Below are positions 19,911 to 28,172 of a DNA stretch of 64,000 nt, in pieces. Source of the stretch: an uncultured Granulosicoccaceae bacterium (GTDB lineage Bacteria; Pseudomonadota; Gammaproteobacteria; Granulosicoccales; Granulosicoccaceae); assembly GCA_937922945.1 (NCBI GenBank), contig CAKZUP010000003.1, positions 6,498-70,497 of the forward strand. Reading direction: 5' to 3'. The notes beneath the pieces were generated by a model. The model made no database searches, had not been told where the DNA came from, and saw only the letters and a list, made by a program, of their open reading frames with translations. The first letter of the stretch is position 1; every line of letters begins with the position of its first letter. Position numbers and translations under genes: made by a program.

Positions 19911-20945
19911 ATGTTAAGCAATCATATTCAAAGCCAGTGGATTAGCGCTTTCGCAACCGTGTTCGACTTGTGCAAAATTCGCAAGAACGAAACAGTGGTT
20001 ATTCTGAGTGAGAGCCAATCACGGCAACTGAACATCCAGCTTTGCGAACTTGCGCTTGGCCAGCTCGGGCTGAATTATTTTCATATCAGTGTACCAACAC
20101 CACAAGCCGCTTCGGGTCCGATTATTCGCTCATCCGGCGCCTGTGTATCATTGAACAATCAGGATAAGGCAGTAGCCGCTTTATGCAGCTGTGATGTGGT
20201 TATCGACGTTACACTGGAAGGACTCATGCACGCCACGCAAACTGCCAGCATATTAAAAGCAGGCGCACGCATCATGAACATATCCAATGAACATCCAGAT
20301 GCTCTTGCGCGCCTGGTGCCCACATTGGAATTGAAAGATCAGGCCAAACAAGCCGTTGCACATTGCCGCTCGTCTAAGCAGATGCATATAAAGTCAGATG
20401 CCGGCACTGCATTAACGGTCAACATGCAAGGCGCAGCCACTGTTGGTGTGTGGGGATGGACGGATCGCCCCGGCACACTGGCGCACTGGCCAGGCGGTAT
20501 TGTCGTTAGTTTCCCGAAAGCCGGCAGCGTCAACGGTCGACTCATGTATCAAGCCGGTGACATGAACTTAACCTTCAAGCGCTATTTCGAGAGTCGCGTT
20601 GAACTGGTTATAGAAAACGATTATGTAAAAGCCGTTAACGGTGATGGAACCGACGCCGCGCTTATGCGCGACTATTTTGCATCATTTAATGAACCTGAAG
20701 CGTATGCTACAAGCCACGTTGGCTGGGGTTTCAATAAATCAGCCCGCTACGAAGCCTTAACCATGTACGACAAGCAAGACACGAATTGCACTGAGTTAAG
20801 GGCCGTGGCCGGCAATTTTTTATATTCAACGGGTGCAAACGAATTCGCCGGTCGTTTCACGCAAGGGCATTTCGATTTACCGATGATGCAATGCGATATT
20901 GAACTTGACGGAACTCCGGTAGTGCGTCAGGGCAAGCCGGTATGA
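19911..20945 (+). CDS. NicX-like (2,5-dihydroxypyridine 5,6-dioxygenase family, M29 aminopeptidase-T fold) protein
   Basis: The C-terminal half is collinear with P. putida NicX as I remember it: HWPGG, SHVGWG, GNFLYSTG, GHFDLPM. The ATG at 19911 is preferred to the TTG at 19899. Confidence 0.7.
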   Translation: MLSNHIQSQWISAFATVFDLCKIRKNETVVILSESQSRQLNIQLCELALGQLGLNYFHISVPTPQAASGPIIRSSGACVSLNNQDKAVAALCSCDVVIDVTLEGLMHATQTASILKAGARIMNISNEHPDALARLVPTLELKDQAKQAVAHCRSSKQMHIKSDAGTALTVNMQGAATVGVWGWTDRPGTLAHWPGGIVVSFPKAGSVNGRLMYQAGDMNLTFKRYFESRVELVIENDYVKAVNGDGTDAALMRDYFASFNEPEAYATSHVGWGFNKSARYEALTMYDKQDTNCTELRAVAGNFLYSTGANEFAGRFTQGHFDLPMMQCDIELDGTPVVRQGKPV

Positions 20946-21799
20946 ACTCCCATGGCATAACGTACAAAGAAAACGGCAAAGCCGGCGAACCGGTGGTTTT
21001 TCTGCACGGTATCGGTGGTAGCGCGGAGAGTTTTGAACATCAGCTTTCGGGTTTATCGGATTTTCATTGTTATGCCTGGAACATGCCTGGCTATGCATCG
21101 AGTAAAGTGACAACATGGCCGCCGAGTTTTTCATCACTATCGGATGCCTTGCACGATTTCATTGAAACCGTTCTATCAAACACCCGGTATGTCGATAATG
21201 AAGTCGTTGATCATGCCAAATCAAAAGATGCAGCTGCCACATCACGCGGCTATAACACAGTGCATTTGGTTGGGCAATCTATCGGCGGTATGCTTGCTAT
21301 AGAACACGCCGTTCGTTACCCACAGCAAATAGCCAGCCTATCGCTTATTGCAACCACACCAAGTTTTGGTGGGCGAGATGAATCTTTCAAGGATGCTTTT
21401 ATAAAAGCCCGCCTTGCGCCCTTAGAGGCTGGAAAAAGTATGGCTGAGGTTGCCGCCTTATCAGCCCCGCATCTGGTAGGACCTATTGCCACCAAGCAAA
21501 CCATCCACGAAATTAAAACCATACTGGCCAATGTCAGCGAAGAAACCTGGCGCGGCATCTTAACCTGTTTGGTGAGCTTCAACAGACGGGACGCGCTCGC
21601 ATCAATACAGCAGGCATGTTGCGTTATCGCTGGTAGCGATGACCAAAATGCTCCCGTTCGAACCATGCAGAAAATGAGCGATGTATTGCACCACTCACAG
21701 TTTCATGTGGTTGAGGGTGCCGGGCATATGGTTAATCAGGAAGCGCCGGATCGTGTTAACGATCTACTCCGTCATTTTTTAAAGCAACAACCACTATGA
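20942..21799 (+). CDS. alpha/beta-fold hydrolase
   Basis: Motifs seen are VVFLHGIGGS (oxyanion HG), GQSIGG (GxSxG nucleophile) and GAGHMVNQE (catalytic His). The start overlaps the upstream stop in ATGA. Confidence 0.85.
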   Translation: MNSHGITYKENGKAGEPVVFLHGIGGSAESFEHQLSGLSDFHCYAWNMPGYASSKVTTWPPSFSSLSDALHDFIETVLSNTRYVDNEVVDHAKSKDAAATSRGYNTVHLVGQSIGGMLAIEHAVRYPQQIASLSLIATTPSFGGRDESFKDAFIKARLAPLEAGKSMAEVAALSAPHLVGPIATKQTIHEIKTILANVSEETWRGILTCLVSFNRRDALASIQQACCVIAGSDDQNAPVRTMQKMSDVLHHSQFHVVEGAGHMVNQEAPDRVNDLLRHFLKQQPL

Positions 21800-23049
21800 A
21801 ACTGCAACCCATCTTCAACCCGAGTGACTGGAACCTTACGCAAAAGCAAGCAGCGCTTGCTGAACAATCCCGTGAGTTAGCCGCCAGTAAGTTTGCACCT
21901 CGCGCGGCGAAGTACGACAAAGAGGCAAGCTTTCCGACTGAAAACTATCAAGATCTGGCCAATGCAGGGCTACTTGGCATCTGTATTCCTGAATCGGAAG
22001 GCGGACTGGGGGCAGACTTAAAAACCTACATGATTGCCGCAGCCGAAATCGGTCGCTCGTGTGGTGCAACCGCCCTGACGTTTAACATGCACGTATCGTC
22101 CTGCCTATGGACAGGCTCGTTACTGGACGAACTCGAACTCGCTCCTGACATTCGGGCACAACACGAAACCATGCGGCGACTGCACTACAAGCGCATACTC
22201 GACGAAGGGAAAATTTATTCTCAACCGTTTTCTGAAGGAGGTGCTGCTGCCGCCGGATTTAAAGCCTTTGGCACAACGGCTTTAAAAGTAGATGGTGGTT
22301 GGAAAGTGACGGGCAAGAAAATATTCGCATCGTTATCGGGCCACGCTAATTTTTATGGTGCGCTTTGCACAGCACTACAAACACCAGACGACAAACATTC
22401 ACGAAGAAACACCATGTACCTTGCCGTACCGGCAGATGCAGACGGCGTTCGTGTTGAAGGAGAATGGGACCCGTTGGGCATGCGCGGTACCGTTTCAAGA
22501 ACACTGATTTTCGATAATGTATTTGTACCCGATGAGGCGCAGTTGATGCCACAAGGCATCTACCCAAGCGCGGCGATGCGATGGCCTCATATGTTTATGA
22601 CTTTAACGCCAACTTATATGGGTATCGCGCAAGCCTGTTACGATTTTACTGTGGCGTACTTGCGTGGTGAAGTACCCGGAACACCGCCGGTGAAGCGTCG
22701 CATGTTTCCAACAAAGCAGCTGGCGGTAGCGCAAATGCGCATTATGCTCGAGCAAACCAAGTCGCTGTGGTTCCAAGCTATATCTGAAGCAAAACCCGAC
22801 CCGTCGCAAGATAGCATCATGCGGGCATGGAGCGCACAGCATACTGTTATGGAAAATGCAAACGAACTCGCGCAATTAGCCATTCGTACTTGCGGCGGCC
22901 AATCCATGCTACGTTCACTGCCGTTGGAACGTCTGTATCGCGACAGTCGCTGCGGCTCGCTAATGCTGCCTTGGACAGCCGAGCTTTGTCTGGATAAAAT
23001 TGGCAAAGGCGCACTGTATAACGCAGGTGAATCCGACGATCATGAATAG
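21796..23049 (+). CDS. acyl-CoA dehydrogenase-fold flavoprotein (dehydrogenase or ACAD-type oxygenase)
   Basis: 417 aa with ACAD N, middle and C domain organisation (GLLGICIPESEGG..., FSEGGAAAAG, RTCGGQSMLRSLPLERLYRDSR). It has an ATGA overlap with the upstream gene. Confidence 0.8.
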   Translation: MKLQPIFNPSDWNLTQKQAALAEQSRELAASKFAPRAAKYDKEASFPTENYQDLANAGLLGICIPESEGGLGADLKTYMIAAAEIGRSCGATALTFNMHVSSCLWTGSLLDELELAPDIRAQHETMRRLHYKRILDEGKIYSQPFSEGGAAAAGFKAFGTTALKVDGGWKVTGKKIFASLSGHANFYGALCTALQTPDDKHSRRNTMYLAVPADADGVRVEGEWDPLGMRGTVSRTLIFDNVFVPDEAQLMPQGIYPSAAMRWPHMFMTLTPTYMGIAQACYDFTVAYLRGEVPGTPPVKRRMFPTKQLAVAQMRIMLEQTKSLWFQAISEAKPDPSQDSIMRAWSAQHTVMENANELAQLAIRTCGGQSMLRSLPLERLYRDSRCGSLMLPWTAELCLDKIGKGALYNAGESDDHE

Positions 23050-23070
23050 AAAAGCAACTCACTAACATCC

Positions 23071-24615
23071 ATGACAATCGATCAATGGATAACCGACGCA
23101 GCCACTAGCACCCCCGAACAGGTGGCTATTGCGTTTCAACAACAAAACCTTACCTATGCCGAGTTCGCCGCACGCATTCGCGAGCGAACAGCGGCACTTC
23201 AAACCGCCGGCATTCATCATGGAGATCGGGTTGCCTGGTATGGCTTGAATCATCCAGAGGTGTTTATCCTGCTATTCGCGTGTGCGCGTCTGGGTGCGAT
23301 CTTTGTTCCACTCAACTGGCGTCTTGCGGAGAATGAAATTGCCGCTATTGTTGACAACTGCGCACCGTCTTTATTGTTTCACGACCAACACTTTAAGCAT
23401 CAGGCGTCGGCCTTATCATCCGACCAAACCTGCGTTATTTGTTCAGCGTTCGGCAATGATGCAACAGAAAATGCAACATGGGCTAATGCAACTTCAATAG
23501 CAAAGCGTTCAACATCAACAAAAAACAGCGACAAAACTATAACCGAAGAGCATGCAACACAACCCTCCATTGATGATGCCCTGCTGATTGTTTACACATC
23601 GGGTTCCACAGGACAACCAAAAGGTGCAGTACTAACCCAAAAAGCCTTGATCGCTAATGCAAGAATGTCTGTACACGCGTTCCAAATGACGCCAGAAGAC
23701 AAAGCCTTAGTTGTGCTGCCACTGTTTCACGTTGGCGGATTAAACATCCTGCCCACACCGGCATTTTCCATTGGCGCAACCGTCATACTGCACGAGAAAT
23801 TCAACCCAGACCAAGCCTGCAATGCCCTTCAACAAGCCAGCCTGGCCATCACGGTGCCAACCGTTTTGCAGGCCATCATGAATTCATCATTGTGGCCATC
23901 TGCCAATCTGCAGACATTGAAAGCGCTCAGCATTGGCTCAACTGATGTTCCCGTTAGCCTGATAAAACAAGTGCACGACAGACAGGTTCCCATGATTCAA
24001 ATTTACGGCGCTACAGAAACCGGGCCGTTCGCGATCTACCAGACAATCGATGATGCTTTTGACAGCGTCGGTAGCATTGGACGCAAGGGATGCGCTTGCG
24101 ACATACGCCTGGTTAGCAACAACGAAGATGTAGCCTTAGGAGAACCGGGTGAAATCTGGGTTAAAGGCGATAATGTTTTACGTGAATACTGGCGCGACGA
24201 ACCGTTAACCCAAACTGCATTGCGCGGTGGCTGGTTTCGAACTGGCGATGTTGCAAAAAAAGATGAAAACGGGTTCTACTGGTTCACCGATCGTATTAAG
24301 CACGTGATTATTTCTGGCGGCGAGAACATTTACCCTACCGAAATAGAACGCGTGCTCAGTCAGCTTGCCAATATTACTGAAGTAAGCGTTGTCGGCATCC
24401 CCCATGATAAATGGGGAGAGATTCCCGTGGCAGTCGTGGTCAGCAAAAGCCCCATGAGCGCAGAAGAGGTGCTAACCCCCCTGCATGGACAGCTTGCCAG
24501 ATACAAGCACCCGAAGCGGGTGGTATTCGTTGAAACCTTGCCTAGAAACGCAATGGGCAAGATAGTCGCAGAGGATGTAAAAGCGCTGATTAAGCAAATC
24601 AGCAATGAGGGCTGA
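23071..24615 (+). CDS. AMP-dependent acyl-CoA synthetase/ligase (ANL superfamily)
   Basis: YTSGSTGQPKGAVL (A3), YGATETG (A5), GWFRTGDV (A7), GGENIYPTEIE (A8) and a terminal PRNAMGKI Lys (A10). Confidence 0.9.
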   Translation: MTIDQWITDAATSTPEQVAIAFQQQNLTYAEFAARIRERTAALQTAGIHHGDRVAWYGLNHPEVFILLFACARLGAIFVPLNWRLAENEIAAIVDNCAPSLLFHDQHFKHQASALSSDQTCVICSAFGNDATENATWANATSIAKRSTSTKNSDKTITEEHATQPSIDDALLIVYTSGSTGQPKGAVLTQKALIANARMSVHAFQMTPEDKALVVLPLFHVGGLNILPTPAFSIGATVILHEKFNPDQACNALQQASLAITVPTVLQAIMNSSLWPSANLQTLKALSIGSTDVPVSLIKQVHDRQVPMIQIYGATETGPFAIYQTIDDAFDSVGSIGRKGCACDIRLVSNNEDVALGEPGEIWVKGDNVLREYWRDEPLTQTALRGGWFRTGDVAKKDENGFYWFTDRIKHVIISGGENIYPTEIERVLSQLANITEVSVVGIPHDKWGEIPVAVVVSKSPMSAEEVLTPLHGQLARYKHPKRVVFVETLPRNAMGKIVAEDVKALIKQISNEG

Positions 24616-24625
24616 ACTATACTTT

Positions 24626-24671
24626 AGTACTACAGCGCCTTAACCAGACTGAGTTGTAGTGGTACTTTTTT
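24626..24671 (+). terminator. weak rho-independent terminator after the ligase gene
   Basis: An imperfect GTAC/TACA...TGTA/GTAC stem is followed by a T6 run at 24666-24671. Confidence 0.4.
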
Positions 24672-24781
24672 AAAAAAACAAGAATCTAGGCTACACATAA
24701 CAACCAATTGAGTGCTAGATTTATCGACAACCCATTTTTAAATCAAAGCATTATTTTTTGAATAAGCGCAGGATACGCATT

Positions 24782-25300
24782 ATGAGAAAGATCACCGTCT
24801 ACTTACTCTTAAGCTTTACATTGCTGCTTAGCACAACAGCAAGTGCAGATACGACATTCGGCATTGGTATTGGTTCGCTATACAATGGGTTTGGCATTAA
24901 TGTTGGAAAAAAAACGCAACGCACATTCTCTTTTGGTTCAATAGGCTGCATGGGTTATTCATACACAAACGAAGAATCCAGCAACGGCGACGTGGTGGAG
25001 AACATAGACAACAAGCGCTCCAATTGCGGCATTGGTATCGGCTATGTCAGCAGCAATGCGTTCAAAAGTAACAAACAGGCCATTGGATTGAGCCTCGGTA
25101 TCAACCGGAATTTAATGTTTGAAGATATCAATGGCCAAAACGATGATAAATGGGAGTTAAATTTAATGCCCACCTATCACTATTTTTTCAAAGGCATTGA
25201 TAAGCGTGGATTTAACTTAGGTATGGGCACGGTTCTGAGCTTCACTGAAAATGAACCTATGGAAACAGGGATCACACTAAATCTGGGCTTTCAATTTTAG
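24782..25300 (+). CDS. putative small outer-membrane beta-barrel protein
   Basis: Signal peptide (LLLSFTLLLSTTASA|D), alternating Gly/aromatic-rich strands and a C-terminal ...LNLGFQF (terminal Phe). The gene is visibly AT-richer than its neighbours. The ATG at 24782 is preferred to the TTG at 24758. Confidence 0.55.
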   Translation: MRKITVYLLLSFTLLLSTTASADTTFGIGIGSLYNGFGINVGKKTQRTFSFGSIGCMGYSYTNEESSNGDVVENIDNKRSNCGIGIGYVSSNAFKSNKQAIGLSLGINRNLMFEDINGQNDDKWELNLMPTYHYFFKGIDKRGFNLGMGTVLSFTENEPMETGITLNLGFQF

Positions 25301-25348
25301 ACAACAACCATCTGGCGTTATACCATCGCCGCTGATTATTTCAGACAA

Positions 25349-25374
25349 TAAAAAGCCCCTTTCGGGGCTTTTTT
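25349..25374. terminator. bidirectional rho-independent terminator
   Basis: AAAAAGCCCC-TTTC-GGGGCTTTTTT lies between convergent genes, with an A-run and a T-run flanking a GC stem. Confidence 0.85.
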
Positions 25375-25391
25375 AGTATTCGCTGATTAGC

Positions 25392-26516
25392 TTATCTAAC
25401 CGTTATAAGCTCTACCCGTCTATTCTGTCTTCTACCTTCGCGCGTAGCGTTTGTCTCTATTGGCATGGTTTCACCGAAAGCCTCAGTACGAAGCCGTTGT
25501 CCATCAATGCCTCGATTACCAAGATAGCTCGCAACTGAATCGGCACGCCGTTCAGATAAAGACTGGTTGTAGTTATCATCACCCACACTGTCTGTGTGAG
25601 CAGAGATTCGTACCGGTACTGACGAACACTCTAGCAATCGTGATGCTACATTATCCAGAATACCCTGAGCTTCATCCGTTAGCTGAGCCGAATTGGTGTG
25701 AAAGTTCACGCCTTCCAATGTACCGTTAAATTCATCACAAGTATCAACCGGCTGCACAGGCTCTGCAACAACGACAGCAGGAACGGGGATTGGCGTTGGA
25801 ATTGGTGCAGGTTCTGGCACAGGCGTAGGCGCTTCAACAATTTCAACCGGTTTTTCGGACTGACGCTTACCCATTCGGTAAACCAGACCTAACTGCGCGT
25901 AACGGGCATCCTCTTCAAAAGAAATAAGCTCCGCACGCAAACCAAGCCCTACTCGGGTCATGTATTCAAGACCAGCGCCAAACAACATGTGCGTGCCGTT
26001 GTCCTGAATATAATTTACATCACCAACTGAGGAGTTATCCAGTACACCAAATCCCAAGCGACCGTATCCGCTTAGACCCTGTCGCTTGAAATTGCCGCGG
26101 TTTTTACCAGCGTACAACAGAGCGCTACCGCCATAGGTATGATAATTAACCCTACCGTTTGGCGAGAGCCCAGCGCTACCGAGATCTGCTGAATGCGCTT
26201 CGAGAGAAAGGTGACGAGTTACATCCACACCAAGTGTAATCTGACCAGCGGCTTCGACTCGATCGTTTACGTCCGTTCCGGGTACCTCACTAGTATCCGG
26301 CTCCATCCAGCTATTACCAAGACCGATACCACCGTAAACATGATTCTTTATAGCATAACGCCGCTTTTCTTCCTGCCATTGCGTAGAATTAGAATCAACA
26401 GAACGTGAACCTCTAACGTTTTCAAGGGCAGCGCAACCAGAAAGTGACAACGCGCTCGCGCTCAAAAAGAGCAACATAGCCGTTTGCATCGTAGAAATGT
26501 TGAACGTTTTCATCAT
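25392..26516 (-). CDS. OmpA-family outer-membrane protein (N-terminal barrel, Pro-rich linker, C-terminal OmpA/peptidoglycan-binding domain)
   Basis: Signal peptide with a possible lipobox (LSLSG|C) and linker PTPVPEPAPIPTPIPVPA. The C-domain carries F..NSAQL, TDSVGDDNYNQSLSERRA and NRRVEL. Confidence 0.88.
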   Translation of the reverse strand: MMKTFNISTMQTAMLLFLSASALSLSGCAALENVRGSRSVDSNSTQWQEEKRRYAIKNHVYGGIGLGNSWMEPDTSEVPGTDVNDRVEAAGQITLGVDVTRHLSLEAHSADLGSAGLSPNGRVNYHTYGGSALLYAGKNRGNFKRQGLSGYGRLGFGVLDNSSVGDVNYIQDNGTHMLFGAGLEYMTRVGLGLRAELISFEEDARYAQLGLVYRMGKRQSEKPVEIVEAPTPVPEPAPIPTPIPVPAVVVAEPVQPVDTCDEFNGTLEGVNFHTNSAQLTDEAQGILDNVASRLLECSSVPVRISAHTDSVGDDNYNQSLSERRADSVASYLGNRGIDGQRLRTEAFGETMPIETNATREGRRQNRRVELITVR

Positions 26517-26743
26517 TTTGTCAGGCCTTGGAGATTCAAATTCAGGGAACGTACAGGGAGCTCCACTTAATCTGGTTTAACAGAGAACATCTGGTTCCAC
26601 TGCGATTACTGAGCAATCAGCGGCCTGACTTGTGATTACTTCAACCGATGTAACAGTAAGTTTGTTAAATACTATTTCACGATAGGTTAGGTTTTCCATT
26701 TCCAAGGGCCCATACGCAATTTTACGGCACTTAAGCCATGGGC

Positions 26744-28153
26744 TCATAAACCAGCCAAATACGCCTCCGCGACCTCTATGTGTTTCTCACGCTTGGCATC
26801 ATCCATTCGTTCTGCGTTTTTGCACATCATCGACCAGCGGTGGTTACCTGCCAACGCCTCCTTATTCTTGAATATCCAACGCCAAAAAAGCGCATCCCAC
26901 ACAATGCTCCATTCACCCTTTTTGTAGTGGCTCATTTTAATCACGTAATTTGAACCGGAAAAATACGGCTTGGTGGTTATTAACCCACCATCGGCATGCT
27001 GACTCATGGCATACACATTCGGCACCATCACCCAATCGTAGCTATCGATAAATAGCTCCATAAACCACGTATAAATATCATCGGGCTTGATTTCACATAA
27101 AAACATAAACCCTCCCAGCACCATCAGTCTTTCAATATGATGACAGTAGGCATGTTCATTCACGCGTTTAATGCAATCATCTACTGGGTCGATACCGGTA
27201 TTGGCATCGTAAAAGGCCTTCGGCATTGATCGATTATGCTGCCAATGATTACCATTACGCATTTGCACGCCAAGATCTTCATACGTTGCCCGCATAAACT
27301 CACGCCAACCAATTATCTGGCGGATAAAACCTTCCACACTATTAATCGGCGTATCGTGTTTTTGTGCATAGGCAATAGCTTGTCTTACTACGTATTCAGG
27401 CGTCAGCAATCCAATATTCAACATCGGTGTTAAGATACTGTGATAGATCCAGTTTTCGCCCTGTTCTATAGCATCCTCGTAAGTACCGAACAATTCGAAA
27501 CGGTGTTGCAGAAATTCATCCAGCCAACGTTTGGCATCAGCATGGGTGGTCGGGTAATCGGTAGAGCTAAGCTTTGGCAGCAATGGCACTTGGCGCACCG
27601 GTAACTTTTTTCGATTGGCATCATCAAAGCTCCATTTTCCGCCCGCAGGCTCCGCACCATCCATAAGAATATCCAGTCGAACGCGTTGAAACTTGTAAAA
27701 GTCCGCCATGTGCCAACGCTTTTTTCCAGCCCGCCAGGCATTATTCTCTTCACGGCTGTTGATAAAAGCCGGTGATGGCAGAATTTCCAACTCCAATTTA
27801 TGCTTATCGACGGCCAGCCGCAGACGCTTTTCCAATAGAAAATCACACGGTTCAGCGCAAACGATCTGTGTTATGCCCTCCTTCGCCAATTGCTTGCAAA
27901 TCGCGCCAATCTGACACTTGGAACTATCATAGCCAATCACCTCTACCGGTGTGCCCGAACGCTCCAATTGGTTCGCATAGGCCATCATGGTGCTATCGTG
28001 ATAGGCAATCTTCTTTTCATGAAAACGGATAGGATGCTTAGCATCGCCGTAGAATAAAGAATGATGTACCAACAAAACCTTTTCTGGATTTTTACGTAGA
28101 ACAGGGTGGTCTTCAAATAATTGATGTGGAAATACCAATGCCGCGCTTTGCAT
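26744..28153 (-). CDS. cryptochrome/photolyase-family protein of the COG3046 / bacterial (6-4)-photolyase (PhrB/CryB-like) group
   Basis: ALVFPHQLF..., ADFY, GWREFMR, HAYCHHIERLMVLGGF, DSYDWVMVPNVYAMS and FSGSNYVIKMS are hallmarks of this group as I recall it. The ATG at 28153 is preferred to the TTG at 28180. Confidence 0.8.
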   Translation of the reverse strand: MQSAALVFPHQLFEDHPVLRKNPEKVLLVHHSLFYGDAKHPIRFHEKKIAYHDSTMMAYANQLERSGTPVEVIGYDSSKCQIGAICKQLAKEGITQIVCAEPCDFLLEKRLRLAVDKHKLELEILPSPAFINSREENNAWRAGKKRWHMADFYKFQRVRLDILMDGAEPAGGKWSFDDANRKKLPVRQVPLLPKLSSTDYPTTHADAKRWLDEFLQHRFELFGTYEDAIEQGENWIYHSILTPMLNIGLLTPEYVVRQAIAYAQKHDTPINSVEGFIRQIIGWREFMRATYEDLGVQMRNGNHWQHNRSMPKAFYDANTGIDPVDDCIKRVNEHAYCHHIERLMVLGGFMFLCEIKPDDIYTWFMELFIDSYDWVMVPNVYAMSQHADGGLITTKPYFSGSNYVIKMSHYKKGEWSIVWDALFWRWIFKNKEALAGNHRWSMMCKNAERMDDAKREKHIEVAEAYLAGL

Positions 28154-28172
28154 ACTTGAATTCAGAATCCGA

